A program made the translations under genes and the position numbers. From NCBI GenBank assembly GCA_965279515.1, contig CBDIID010000003.1, forward strand, positions 3,360,001-3,424,000: a DNA stretch of 64,000 nt. The letters run 5' to 3'. The notes beneath the pieces were generated by a model, which did not search any database, had not been told where the DNA came from, and was given only the letters and a program-made list of their open reading frames with translations. Source of the DNA: Turneriella sp. Lineage in GTDB: Bacteria; Spirochaetota; Leptospiria; Turneriellales; Turneriellaceae. Of the stretch, positions 37,453 to 47,396 are shown piece by piece. How positions within the stretch are numbered: the stretch's first letter is position 1; each line of letters starts with the position of its first letter.

Positions 37453-38873
37453 GCCTGCACCTGTTCCATGACGGCTGCGAGAGCATTCGGTCTCATCAAC
37501 CGGTAGCGTGGCGCTGTCAGCACCGAAGTAAATCCGCCACGCGCCGCGAGCGTTTGAAAACGGATAAAACCATGAGCACTGCAGGCAGAGAGACGCACAC
37601 CATTTGCAGAGATGGCCTTCATGATGCCTGCGGGAAAGATCGCCGCCGCCTTGAGCTCGGGTGAACTCATGAGGCTGACCAGTTGCGGTTCATCGCCGAT
37701 TTCGAGTATCGTCGTTGCGGCGCGTTCGGGCAGGTTCTTCACACGGTTCAAAACCGAGCGTTCACCGAAGAACGACGTCTTGGGATAATACGGCCTGAGG
37801 CGTTTTTGCAGCGCGTTGAGTGCGCGTTCGGCGTCGGCATCGGTGAGGTTCGCATAGCGTGAGAACAAGTCGAACCCCGTGTGGCAATGCAGATGGGCCG
37901 GCAGGTTTTCACGGCCGCCGATGACGAGCCGCGTCGCCCCATGTGTCTTCAGCACAAAATCGGCCAGCGCCGCAACGGCAGGCGTAGCCTGCTGCCATTC
38001 CTCAAGATTCCGCTTTACGGAAAAAAAATCGGTCAGAACGGGCAGGTAGGGCTCGCGGCCTTTTTTCATGAGCACCGTGTGCGTGCCCTGCGCATGCCGC
38101 AAAAGCGCCGCCACCTCGCCCTTGTAATTACCGGGGCAGACGGCGTAGTTTACATGTGCATTCGCGCTCAGCCAGGCGCTGCGGAAGCGGCCGGAATAAA
38201 AAACGAGGTTTTCAAAGTCGGCGTCGAGAAAACCGCAGAGGCGAGTCATTTCGGCGTCGTCGAAGGGGCGAAGGCTCGAGGCCTGTAAATTCAGGTATGA
38301 CAGGTTGCGGTTGAGGGTAACAATGGCTTTCGTCAGATCTGCCTTGAAGGTCGAGGGCTTCTGCAGCTGTTCGGTGAGCAACTTGGGCGGCTCCGGAAAG
38401 GTAATCAGCGGAAAGACAAATTGATTCTGCGGGTCTGCGTCGATGAGCAGTGTCTTTGCCCCCGCCTGGGCGATTTGCGCGGCGATGAAAATCGCCAGGT
38501 TCGCCGCTTCCATTCCGGGAATATCACTGGTCACGTGCGTGATATGCGCAGGCGTCACATCGCCCACGATGCGATAGTGTTCCGATTCAGCGATATTGCG
38601 GTAAGCGCGGAACAGGGCGCGGTTCTGCGCGAGAAACTGGGCGAGATCCTCGCTCTTGACATGGACCCTGTTCTCTTCGGTTCCCGTTACGCCTTTTTCT
38701 GTTTCCAGAAAGGGGATTGCCCCCTGCAATGAATTGACACCTGTTTCATTCGAGAAAACTGCTGAAACGGCCTCACCGGGCAACGGTTCGTTCTGCCAGG
38801 GCAGCTCCCTAAGCGTGGTGAGCTCTTCGCGCCGTATTGCCGCAAAGAGTCCGGCAAAATCGACAGCAGCCAT
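37449..38873 (-). CDS. Hypothetical protein with degenerate ParA/MinD-like and patatin-like segments
   Basis: KTLLIDADPQ without an intact Walker A; see findings. Confidence 0.55.
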   Translation of the reverse strand: MAAVDFAGLFAAIRREELTTLRELPWQNEPLPGEAVSAVFSNETGVNSLQGAIPFLETEKGVTGTEENRVHVKSEDLAQFLAQNRALFRAYRNIAESEHYRIVGDVTPAHITHVTSDIPGMEAANLAIFIAAQIAQAGAKTLLIDADPQNQFVFPLITFPEPPKLLTEQLQKPSTFKADLTKAIVTLNRNLSYLNLQASSLRPFDDAEMTRLCGFLDADFENLVFYSGRFRSAWLSANAHVNYAVCPGNYKGEVAALLRHAQGTHTVLMKKGREPYLPVLTDFFSVKRNLEEWQQATPAVAALADFVLKTHGATRLVIGGRENLPAHLHCHTGFDLFSRYANLTDADAERALNALQKRLRPYYPKTSFFGERSVLNRVKNLPERAATTILEIGDEPQLVSLMSSPELKAAAIFPAGIMKAISANGVRLSACSAHGFIRFQTLAARGGFTSVLTAPRYRLMRPNALAAVMEQVQA

Positions 38874-38874
38874 T

Positions 38875-40233
38875 TTAGATAGCGCGGAGCAGCGCGATCA
38901 GTTGTTTGCGGTCATAGAGCTCGATCGGGCGTGACTGAATAAAGGCATGTGCCTGGCTCGAGAATTCCGACGTGCTGATGCAGGCGCCCTTGTTGGCGCC
39001 TTTGGTGCGCATCTCTTCGTGCAGCTGCCGCACCGTGCGCTCGGGAATCATGTCGGTGGTACGCAGAATATAGATCAGGCGGTTGGATTTTTTACTGTTG
39101 CGACGGTTGCCTTCTTCTTCGGTTGCAAGAATATGCACTTCGGAGTCGTCGACGACGTTGAGGTCTACAACCTTGAATGTCATGGCCTCGACGATGGCCC
39201 GTGTCTGCGCCTCAAACTTACCGGGCGGCGCGATCATGAAGTCTTTAATTGTATCGTCGGTGCGGAACTCTTCGTATGCCTTGAGCTTTTCCTGGACGTC
39301 GCGGAATTTTGCGTTCACATCAGTGATACGTTCCCAGTTCGAGATTGCCGTATGGAAGTCGCGTTTGCGCTCGGCGCAGGCGGCGATCGCATAACGCAGG
39401 TTGAGTTCGAGATCTGAACCTTTGGGTGCGGTCAGCAGTCCCTTTTCGAGTTCAACCTGCGCCGTGGGTAATTGCCCTTTTTCCATGAGCGACAAACCCT
39501 TGGCGAGCAGTGAACGGCCTTTCAAATTCTCGTCTTTGCTGGAGAGTTCGAATTCCTTAATCGCCCAGTCATAGTCCTTCTGGTTCTTGAGGCACATGCC
39601 GAGGTAATAGTGCGCGCTGTGCAGGCTGGCGTTCAGTTTCACTGCTTCGGTGAGCGCCAGCTTCGCGTCATTGATATTGCCAAAATTGTATTCAATCGTG
39701 CCGATATGTGCGAAAGAATCCGCGTGGTTGGGTTTTAGTTTTGCCGACTGCTTGAAATAAGGCAGTGCCTTGTCGTTGAGCCCGGCTGTTTCGAAGAGAA
39801 TTCCCACCTGGTAGAAATTTTCGTTGTTGGCCCCGTCGAGCCGCGTCAGAATCAGGTATTCTTTTTTCGCCTCGTCGTAGTTGCGGTTCTGCATGTAGAT
39901 TTTCGCGAGCCGGCTTCTGACGATGCCTTCTTTTACCTGCGGGCTCCACTTGCTGATCTTGATCACCTGCCGGTATTCGTTGGCAGCTGCCTGTAAATCA
40001 TTTTGTTTCGAATGGGCCTCGCCGAGTAAAAAATGCAGATAGGGGTCGCGCTCATTCTCTTCGATCATTTTCGTGAGTTTAGAAATGGCGGGGCCGACAT
40101 GGCCCTGGCGTATCATTTCGGCAAGTTCTTCGACGCGTTTGGGTACGAGATAGGTACGTACAACGTAGTATGCGAAGATGCCGACAACACCCGCAATACC
40201 GCCCAAAAGCAGTATACTGACAAGATCATCCAT
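38875..40233 (-). CDS. Membrane-anchored TPR protein with C-terminal Mrr-like domain
   Basis: N-terminal TM, multiple TPRs, then FE...KGACISTSEFS..A....PIELYD. Confidence 0.8.
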   Translation of the reverse strand: MDDLVSILLLGGIAGVVGIFAYYVVRTYLVPKRVEELAEMIRQGHVGPAISKLTKMIEENERDPYLHFLLGEAHSKQNDLQAAANEYRQVIKISKWSPQVKEGIVRSRLAKIYMQNRNYDEAKKEYLILTRLDGANNENFYQVGILFETAGLNDKALPYFKQSAKLKPNHADSFAHIGTIEYNFGNINDAKLALTEAVKLNASLHSAHYYLGMCLKNQKDYDWAIKEFELSSKDENLKGRSLLAKGLSLMEKGQLPTAQVELEKGLLTAPKGSDLELNLRYAIAACAERKRDFHTAISNWERITDVNAKFRDVQEKLKAYEEFRTDDTIKDFMIAPPGKFEAQTRAIVEAMTFKVVDLNVVDDSEVHILATEEEGNRRNSKKSNRLIYILRTTDMIPERTVRQLHEEMRTKGANKGACISTSEFSSQAHAFIQSRPIELYDRKQLIALLRAI

Positions 40234-40234
40234 G

Positions 40235-40618
40235 CTATGAATTCAGTTTTTCGCCGGCAGCGATGCGTTGTCCCTTCAGGCGTTTGTTCTCAATTTCGAG
40301 TTCTTTGATACGCGTCAGCGCGTCTAAAAGTTCATCGCGGCTCATTTTCGATACACTCTCCGAAGCTTGTACAGTTTCTTTGGCGGTGATGAGTTCGTCG
40401 TGGGTCAGGCCCGACAACTTTTCCTTGGCCTTTTGTTCTTCGCGCGCTTCCATTAGCTCGATGCGGCTGTATTCGATAATACGTTCGTACATAGCCACCA
40501 TCTGCTCGAGCTGGTTGATCTCTTCGTCGTTCAGCCGCACCACGGTTTCATAACCGCGCAGCGTCTGTCTTAAAGAAGCATTTTCGCGCTTGAGGGCCTC
40601 AAGATCAGCGACATCCAT
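40235..40618 (-). CDS. Coiled-coil protein with 21-aa periodicity
   Basis: Four 21-residue units. Confidence 0.7.
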   Translation of the reverse strand: MDVADLEALKRENASLRQTLRGYETVVRLNDEEINQLEQMVAMYERIIEYSRIELMEAREEQKAKEKLSGLTHDELITAKETVQASESVSKMSRDELLDALTRIKELEIENKRLKGQRIAAGEKLNS

Positions 40619-40651
40619 GTGTAGTCTCGTAAGGGGATGCGTTTTAATCCG

Positions 40652-42154
40652 TCAAGCTTTAAGACGACAGCTGTAGATTGTGGTGTCGTTCCGCCTGAAA
40701 TTCATGGCCGGGTTCAGGCGGATAGACATCCGTTCTAAAAAATCCGGCCGAAAGACCCGCCTTAAACCGCATTCGTAGCCCGCGGCTTTAAATTGAGCGG
40801 TCTCCGCGGCCGAGAAATACATAAAACGGAAGATCTGGAACTTCTCAAATTGACCCGCCGTAGCCGCGGCGATGATTTCTTCGGTCGTGGTGGTAAAATG
40901 CGGCACTTTGCGGCTGAACCCATAGTAGGCCCAGCGCCAGGGGTCGATGCGGTGCACAAAACGTTCTCCCTCGAGGTTACCGGCGTGGATGGCACCGTCG
41001 ACGCCCGCGCGCTGCTGCATCGTCAGTGCTACCGGAAGAATCAGCAGTAGGTTGATAACGATCAGAATGCGGTACGAAACTCTCACCCAGCCGCGGTCGG
41101 CGAAAAGTTCGATGCCTTTAAAAAGATAAACCGTCAGGATCGGCAAGACGGGAATCACGTAACGTTCGAGCTTGAAGGCGATTGCCGAATGCGAAATGAG
41201 AAATGTCAGCAGCAACACTGTCAATCCGCCGTAGCGGCGCGCGGCCGACAGCATCGGGTACCAGAAAAAGAAACACAGGACTGGAAACGGAAAAACCGCC
41301 AGCAGCGCTGTGTACATGTACCAGGGCATGCTGCCGTAATTTTGTGCCTTGATATGCTCGGCGAAGTTGTACTTGATAAATTCGATCGCGGTTGAAAATG
41401 GTAGCTTCTTATTCGACAGTTCGAGCAAAACCATAATCGCCGCGGTTAAAGCGCCGCCGAGCGCAAAGAAGAACAGCGAACGCAGCTTGCGGCCACGGGG
41501 CGTAACCCAGAGCAGCCAGACAGCCAGGGCGAAATAAAGCGGTGCGAGCGAAAAACGGAAAAAGATCGCGGCCGAGAGATAAAAACCACACCAGAGAAAT
41601 GCCATGCGCGGTGTGACCGCGTCTTCAGCGTCGGCGATAGCGAACTTGTGCGGAACGGCGCGAATGAGGTGTAGTATGGCGAATGTGATCAGGATATACG
41701 ACGGGCCGGCTATGTCTGCGCTGTTGGTGAAGATCGGGGCCAGCCAGAACGTCGCGGCGAACAGCGTCATCGCATTGCGCCACTGCGTATCAAGCAAGAG
41801 CGAGCCGATACGGTGTACGGCGACGATTTGCGTGAGCGAAATTACGCCCATGACGCCGTAGGCGAAGCTCATCAGAAAATCTGCGCGCTTCACCCCAAGC
41901 AGGTAGAGCGGTTTCATGAAATACGAAAACGCGTAAGGGAAAAGTTCAAAACGCAGCGTCGGGATATCCGGCTTGGTGCCGAGCATGAGATGGCGAAACG
42001 CAGGATCGATAACGTTCTGGTAGTCATCGATCGCGAAGGGCCCGTAGTTCGAAAATGCCGCGAGCGACCTGATCACTAAACCCAGCAGGAGTGAAATGGC
42101 GAGGGGGTGGCGGTTGAAGAGGTCAACCGCACGATCGCTGATGTGTTTTATCAT
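40652..42154 (-). CDS. GT-C fold glycosyltransferase (GT22, PIG-B/Alg9-like)
   Basis: Multi-TM; DDYQ after TM1; FIKYN; PWYMY; HSAIAFKLERYVIPVLP. Confidence 0.7.
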   Translation of the reverse strand: MIKHISDRAVDLFNRHPLAISLLLGLVIRSLAAFSNYGPFAIDDYQNVIDPAFRHLMLGTKPDIPTLRFELFPYAFSYFMKPLYLLGVKRADFLMSFAYGVMGVISLTQIVAVHRIGSLLLDTQWRNAMTLFAATFWLAPIFTNSADIAGPSYILITFAILHLIRAVPHKFAIADAEDAVTPRMAFLWCGFYLSAAIFFRFSLAPLYFALAVWLLWVTPRGRKLRSLFFFALGGALTAAIMVLLELSNKKLPFSTAIEFIKYNFAEHIKAQNYGSMPWYMYTALLAVFPFPVLCFFFWYPMLSAARRYGGLTVLLLTFLISHSAIAFKLERYVIPVLPILTVYLFKGIELFADRGWVRVSYRILIVINLLLILPVALTMQQRAGVDGAIHAGNLEGERFVHRIDPWRWAYYGFSRKVPHFTTTTEEIIAAATAGQFEKFQIFRFMYFSAAETAQFKAAGYECGLRRVFRPDFLERMSIRLNPAMNFRRNDTTIYSCRLKA

Positions 42155-42155
42155 A

Positions 42156-42764
42156 TTACCTTGTGATGACGAAGATTCCCCACTGTGCCAGAAGGTTCGG
42201 CCTGAAGGAAATTTCGTGTTGGTTGCGCACATAGCGCTCCGAGAGAATTTTGAAACCGCGGCTGCGGCAGTATTCCTTGAAGTCCTTGATGGTGACGACG
42301 TGCAGGTTTGGACTCTCGTACCAGGCGAAGGGCAGCGACGGCGTCACGGGCACCCGGCCCGAAAAGAACAGCTGCATACGTGCCTTGATATAGGCGAAGT
42401 TGGGAAAACCAACGATCAGCCGGCGCCCAACCCGAAGCGCGTCTTTAATGACATCGTCGGGGTAACGCAGCTCTTGCAACGCATTGTTGAGAATCACATA
42501 ATCGAATGAACCTTCCTTAAAATCGGTCAGCCCGCTGTCGAGGTCGCCCAAAAGCACGTTGATACCGCGCTCGACGCATTCCATGATCTGGTCCTGGTCG
42601 ATCTCGATGCCCTGCGAGCGCGTCTGCAGGTTCTTGTTGAGCAGGTAGAGGAGTTCGCCGTCGCCGCAACCCATGTCGAGCACGCGGCTTTTGGGTTCGA
42701 CGAGTTTCAGAATGATACGGTAGTCGATGCGCTCTGAGTCGAATTCTGTGATGGGGATCTCCAT
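42156..42764 (-). CDS. metW: Methionine biosynthesis protein MetW
   Basis: VLDMGCGDG, GFPNFAY, WYESPNLH; follows metX. Confidence 0.93.
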   Translation of the reverse strand: MEIPITEFDSERIDYRIILKLVEPKSRVLDMGCGDGELLYLLNKNLQTRSQGIEIDQDQIMECVERGINVLLGDLDSGLTDFKEGSFDYVILNNALQELRYPDDVIKDALRVGRRLIVGFPNFAYIKARMQLFFSGRVPVTPSLPFAWYESPNLHVVTIKDFKEYCRSRGFKILSERYVRNQHEISFRPNLLAQWGIFVITR

Positions 42765-42794
42765 GGCTCGTTACGCTGCGCTACTTGCCAACCA

Positions 42795-43925
42795 TCAGTA
42801 GATGAGTTCGTCGACCCGCGAAAGAAAGTGGCGCACGAGTTGAGATTGTTTTTCGGTTTCGAGCAGAAAGGAATCATGGCCGTAATCGGCCTCGATCTCG
42901 ATGTAAGATACCGGCACACCCGAGACCTTGCAGGCTGTGACGATTTCAAGCGACTGGTAGGCGGGGTAGAGCCAATCTGATTTAAAGGCGAGCACGAGCA
43001 GTTTGGCGTCGAGCTCATAAAATTTTTCGCTGAGATGCCGGCCTTCTGATGCATCGAAGAGATCCATCGCCTTGCTGATATAGAGGTATGAGTTTGCGTC
43101 AAAGCGGCGCACGAAAAAATCGCCGCGGTTTCTCAGGTAGCCCTCAACCTCAAAATCCGCATGGAACTTTGTATTGTCAGAGGCGAGTTTGGTGCGGCGG
43201 CCGAATTTTTCGGCCATCGATTTCTCGCTCATGTAGGTGATGTGCCCGACCATGCGCGCGACCGAAAGCCCTGCGCGCGGAATCTCTTCACTGTAATAAT
43301 TGCCGTTATTCCATTTCGGGTCAGCCATGATCGCCTGCCGCCCGACCTCGTTGAAGGCGATCTGCTGCGGCGAATGGCGGGCCGTTGTTGCGATGGGTAT
43401 CGCCGAGCGCACATGGTTGGGGTAACTGACAAGCCATTGCAGCACCTGCATGCCGCCCATCGAGCCGCCGGCTACAGAATAGAGTTTGTCGATGCCGAGA
43501 TGTTCTACCAGCTTCTTTTGCGCCGCCACCATATCTTTGATCGTCACCTGCGGAAAATCGAGGGCATAGGGCTTCTGGGTTTTCGGATTTAGCGAAGAAG
43601 GCCCTGTCGAGCCCTGGCAGCCGCCTATAACGTTTGAACAGATTATGAAAAAGCGATCGGTATCAAAAGCCTTGCCTGGTCCGATCATGTTGTCCCACCA
43701 ACCGGGGCGGGCATCACCCTCGTGGTAAAAGGCGGCGTGGTGGTCGCCCGAGAACGCATGCTGAATCAGAATGGCGTTGGTTTTTGCCGTATTGAGTCTG
43801 CCATAGGTCTCATAGGCAAGATTTACCTCTGTCAGGATCTCCCCGTTTTCGAGCGCAAGATTCTCAAAAGAGAAGCTCTGCGGCTGAATGTAAAACTTGT
43901 CGTTTAAGAGCGGCGCGGCACCCAC
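42795..43925 (-). CDS. metX: Homoserine O-acetyltransferase
   Basis: HAFSGD, GWWD, GGSMGG, GHDSFL. Confidence 0.95.
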   Translation of the reverse strand: MGAAPLLNDKFYIQPQSFSFENLALENGEILTEVNLAYETYGRLNTAKTNAILIQHAFSGDHHAAFYHEGDARPGWWDNMIGPGKAFDTDRFFIICSNVIGGCQGSTGPSSLNPKTQKPYALDFPQVTIKDMVAAQKKLVEHLGIDKLYSVAGGSMGGMQVLQWLVSYPNHVRSAIPIATTARHSPQQIAFNEVGRQAIMADPKWNNGNYYSEEIPRAGLSVARMVGHITYMSEKSMAEKFGRRTKLASDNTKFHADFEVEGYLRNRGDFFVRRFDANSYLYISKAMDLFDASEGRHLSEKFYELDAKLLVLAFKSDWLYPAYQSLEIVTACKVSGVPVSYIEIEADYGHDSFLLETEKQSQLVRHFLSRVDELIY

Positions 43926-43987
43926 GGGTTCAACGCTGCGACGTCATTATGTTACAGGGTGTCATGCAAAAGTTTTATTTTCCGTTT

Positions 43988-44788
43988 TCAGAATTTTGCC
44001 CGGCGTGTGACGGAGAGCACACCTAAGACCTGGGCGACGACGAGGGTGAAAATACTCATGGTGTAGAGAAGATACATCTGCTCGACCTTGCCGGCAAAAA
44101 GCGGCAGAGCAATCTCGGCCACGGCAATGACGCCGCCGACCACCAGGATGAGGGGAAGCACGTCCATCAGCTTGTATTTGCGCACATCGTAGGTGAAGAG
44201 ATCAAAGAGGGCCAGCTTGATGCAGTAAAAACTGAAGAAGGCACCCAGCAGCAATCCCCCGATATTGGCAAAACGCATAACGGTCAGATTCGTCGAAAAT
44301 TTCGCCACGACGAAGTAACCGATCACGAGCGCCGGTATCACATAAAGGAAGGCGGGGATAAAATAAAACCACTTCGAGTGGCGGCGTTTGCCGGTCACAC
44401 GGTCACGGCTGAGGCTCAGCGCATAGAACGAAACGCCGGCGAAGAGGGCTATCCCCACGGCGAACAGCCCAAAAATCAGCGTGGCATTGCCGATCAGGTA
44501 GGGCATCAGAATGAGTGGCGTCACATAGCTGGGCCAGACAAAGAGCAGCATGGCCCAATCCATGACATCGCCATACTTTTTGCCGTCGGCGTGCGGCTGC
44601 GGATTGCCCAAAAGATAGCCCGACAGCTTCATCGCCACAGCCATGACAACGATGCCGATGTAGGTCGTGAGCGACACCGCGCCCAGTGAGTCTTTATTGA
44701 GGCCGACGAGTATATAACCCACGAGCGCGAGCCCTGCGGCGGTGCCGAGAATGAAGATTTGCGGGGTTGCACGCAAAATGATACGCAT
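43988..44788 (-). CDS. Multi-pass membrane protein
   Basis: About 8 hydrophobic segments. Confidence 0.7.
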   Translation of the reverse strand: MRIILRATPQIFILGTAAGLALVGYILVGLNKDSLGAVSLTTYIGIVVMAVAMKLSGYLLGNPQPHADGKKYGDVMDWAMLLFVWPSYVTPLILMPYLIGNATLIFGLFAVGIALFAGVSFYALSLSRDRVTGKRRHSKWFYFIPAFLYVIPALVIGYFVVAKFSTNLTVMRFANIGGLLLGAFFSFYCIKLALFDLFTYDVRKYKLMDVLPLILVVGGVIAVAEIALPLFAGKVEQMYLLYTMSIFTLVVAQVLGVLSVTRRAKF

Positions 44789-44810
44789 GAGGTAGGTTCT
44801 GAAAAAGTCA

Positions 44811-44832
44811 TGCGTTTCGCAAGCGAAACGCA
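44811..44832 (-). terminator. Hairpin, probable terminator
   Basis: TGCGTTTCGC-aa-GCGAAACGCA downstream of the 44852 gene. Confidence 0.55.
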
Positions 44833-44851
44833 AGTGAACAAAGTGTCAAGG

Positions 44852-45499
44852 TTAGCGAATGCGGACGCCCATGTTGAGGGCGTTGTTCATTTTCTTGCCG
44901 GCAAACTTCTTTGCCGCGAGCACCCGGTCGTCGAGATCGCGTATGCCACGCAAGAGACCGTCGATATAGATTGCGAGCAGCTTGGCGCGGTCGGTGGTAC
45001 TCATGTTCACGAGGACTTCAGACTTTGATGTATCGCCCTCGGCGTGGTAAAACAGACTGATATGACCATAGCTGGTCTTTTTGACATCGTCGTTCTTAAT
45101 GGAGCGTTTATGTGAGAACTGCCGGCGCAGCGCCGCCTCTTCATACTTGAGGTCGATCGCGGTGATATTGTTGCCGCTGATTTTCATAATGATTTCTTCG
45201 AGGACGACCGGGTTATCGCGGTCAAGCGCCGTGCGTTTGCCGCCGCGTTCCAGAACGATACAGAACTGGTCGGCGCCGCAGCTGGGGGTTGATTTATCGC
45301 CTTTGACCTTTGCTTTTTCGGCGTTTTTGCGGCGCTCGTCTTCATCGGCCTTAAAGCGGATGACTAACTCATTGAGTTTTTTATGCAATTCTTCGACGGT
45401 CGGGTGGCTGAGATCCCCCGTGCCGTTCTGTTGGGCACCTAAAACAGACACCCATGAGAATATGACGATGGAAAACAAAATAAATGCTTGGCGTCTCAT
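44852..45499 (-). CDS. Secreted hypothetical protein
   Basis: Signal peptide ending VLG-AQQ. Confidence 0.75.
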   Translation of the reverse strand: MRRQAFILFSIVIFSWVSVLGAQQNGTGDLSHPTVEELHKKLNELVIRFKADEDERRKNAEKAKVKGDKSTPSCGADQFCIVLERGGKRTALDRDNPVVLEEIIMKISGNNITAIDLKYEEAALRRQFSHKRSIKNDDVKKTSYGHISLFYHAEGDTSKSEVLVNMSTTDRAKLLAIYIDGLLRGIRDLDDRVLAAKKFAGKKMNNALNMGVRIR

Positions 45500-45563
45500 G
45501 GTACTCTATTATCGACGTGATACGCAACTATATGTAGCGTAAAGACTATTTAGGTACTAAAGA

Positions 45564-45899
45564 ATGGATATAAAGCTGCACGAAAAACAAGGGTATTATG
45601 TCGTCTACCTCAAGGGTAGTCTTGATATGTACACATCGGTCGAACTCAAGAGCCAGACCGATAGCATAGCACTGAAAACAGGCGAAAAGATTATCCTGCA
45701 GCTCAACGACGTCAGTTACATCGATTCGAGCGGCATCGGTGTCCTCATTAAGATCGTCAATGCTGTCCAGGCAGCCTCGGGCACCGTACACCTGACGGGT
45801 ATCAAACCCATGATTGAGAAAATCTTCAAGGTCGCGGGGTTGATGAATTTCTTTTCTTTTATCACCGAAGAAGAATTCCGCACGAAATATCCGATTTAA
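45564..45899 (+). CDS. STAS anti-anti-sigma factor
   Basis: LKGSLD, SYIDSSGIG. Confidence 0.9.
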   Translation: MDIKLHEKQGYYVVYLKGSLDMYTSVELKSQTDSIALKTGEKIILQLNDVSYIDSSGIGVLIKIVNAVQAASGTVHLTGIKPMIEKIFKVAGLMNFFSFITEEEFRTKYPI

Positions 45900-45927
45900 C
45901 CTCTGAAAGCAGAGACCCGAAACGGGG

Positions 45928-46044
45928 CCCACTCCGCAGCCCCTCGCCACAACGTGGAGAGGGGAGCAAAAACACTTTAAACTTTATAGTGAACTTGCCT
46001 TTCTCCCCCTCTCCATATTATGGAGAGGGGGTTGGGGGGTGAGG
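45928..46044. repeat. Inverted pair of REP-like palindromes
   Basis: CCCCTCGCCACAACGTGGAGAGGGGAG ... CTCCCCCTCTCCATATTATGGAGAGGGGGTTGGGGGGTGAGG. Confidence 0.75.
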
Positions 46045-47334
46045 AACCCTCGCAAAAATCGTATCCAGATGCGTTAAAAACGAGCGCGCGTCAAAAACTC
46101 CATCCCACTCTGCTTTTGTGATGTTTTTTAAGGCCTGGTTGCCCTCGAGGCGCTGCCGCAGATTACCCTCTTCGGGCTTCTCCCACGTAGCCATCGCCGC
46201 GGCCTGTACCAGGGAGTAGGCGTCTTCGCGGCTCATCTTTGTCGCCGCGGTTACGGTTAAGAGCGCGCGCGAAGAGAAGAGCAGGCCATGCGTCGCATCG
46301 AGCACGCGTTCGCAGTTCTTTTCATGCACTTGCAGGTTCTCGACCACAAAGGCCGACTTGAGCAGCATGTATTCCAAGAGTGCGGTCGCATCGGGTAAGA
46401 TCACCCGCTCCGCACCCGAGTGCGAAATATCGCGTTCATGCCAGAGTGCCACGTTGTACTCCGCCGTCGTTGCATAGCCCGAAAGCACGCGTGCGAGGCC
46501 GCAGATGCGCTCGGCCAAAATCGGGTTACGCTTATGCGGCATCGCGCTCGAACCCTTCTGCCCCTTCTGGAACGGCTCTTCGACCTCGCGCCCTTCGGTG
46601 CGCTGCAGCAGGCGAATCTCCTGCATCAGGCGGTAGAGCCCTTGGCCTGCGAGTGCAATGGCCTGCATGAAGTAGGCGTGGCGGTCGCGGGGGATAACCT
46701 GCGTGCTGACAGTTTCAACCTTGAGATTACATTTTTCGAGTACGTAGGCCTCGAGCTCGGGTGGCATCTGTGAGTAGGTACCGACCGCACCCGAGATTTT
46801 ACCGTAGCGGCAGTCTTCGAGCGCATGCTGCAGGCGTTCTCGCGCGCGCTGTATCTCGGCATAGTGGCCTAAAAATTTAAGGCCGAGGGTTGTGGGTTCG
46901 GCATGCACGCCATGCGTGCGGCCGGCGACGACGAGGTCCTTGTTTTTAACAGCGAAGGTATGCAGTGTTTGCAGCAGTTTTACCATCGCCTTGTCGATGA
47001 TGGTACCCGCTTCCTGGATCAGCATCATCTGCGCGGTATCGACGATGTCTGACGAGGTGAGGCCAAAGTGCACGTGGCGCGAGGCGGGGCCGATATTCTC
47101 GGCGAGCGCGGTCAGAAAGGCGATGACGTCGTGGTGGATTTCATTTTCAATTGTATTGATGCGTTCGACGCTGAAGGTGGATTTCCTGCGGATATCGTCG
47201 AGCTCGCCGTCGGTGATCTTGCCTTTAGAATGCCAGTATTCGCAGGCGGCGATCTCGATATCGCGCCAGATTTCAAACTTGCGCTGTAGCGACCAAAGGC
47301 GGCGGATTTCGGTGGTGGAGTAGCGGTCGATCAC
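46018..47334 (-). CDS. purB: Adenylosuccinate lyase
   Basis: MIDRY, HDVIAF, GRTHG, GSSAMPHKRNP. Confidence 0.96.
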   Translation of the reverse strand: MIDRYSTTEIRRLWSLQRKFEIWRDIEIAACEYWHSKGKITDGELDDIRRKSTFSVERINTIENEIHHDVIAFLTALAENIGPASRHVHFGLTSSDIVDTAQMMLIQEAGTIIDKAMVKLLQTLHTFAVKNKDLVVAGRTHGVHAEPTTLGLKFLGHYAEIQRARERLQHALEDCRYGKISGAVGTYSQMPPELEAYVLEKCNLKVETVSTQVIPRDRHAYFMQAIALAGQGLYRLMQEIRLLQRTEGREVEEPFQKGQKGSSAMPHKRNPILAERICGLARVLSGYATTAEYNVALWHERDISHSGAERVILPDATALLEYMLLKSAFVVENLQVHEKNCERVLDATHGLLFSSRALLTVTAATKMSREDAYSLVQAAAMATWEKPEEGNLRQRLEGNQALKNITKAEWDGVFDARSFLTHLDTIFARVPHPPTPSP

Positions 47335-47340
47335 TGCTTA

Positions 47341-47396
47341 ACCCCACCGCGCCTTCGGCACCCCTCCCCTAATAGGGGAGGGGACGGGGGAGGGGT
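47341..47396. repeat. REP-like palindromic element
   Basis: ACCCCACCGCGCCTTCGGCACCCCTCCCCTAATAGGGGAGGGG. Confidence 0.75.

Noticed and set aside
43926..43987. SAM riboswitch upstream of metX
   Set aside because: Intergenic region is only ~60 bp and shows no recognisable aptamer
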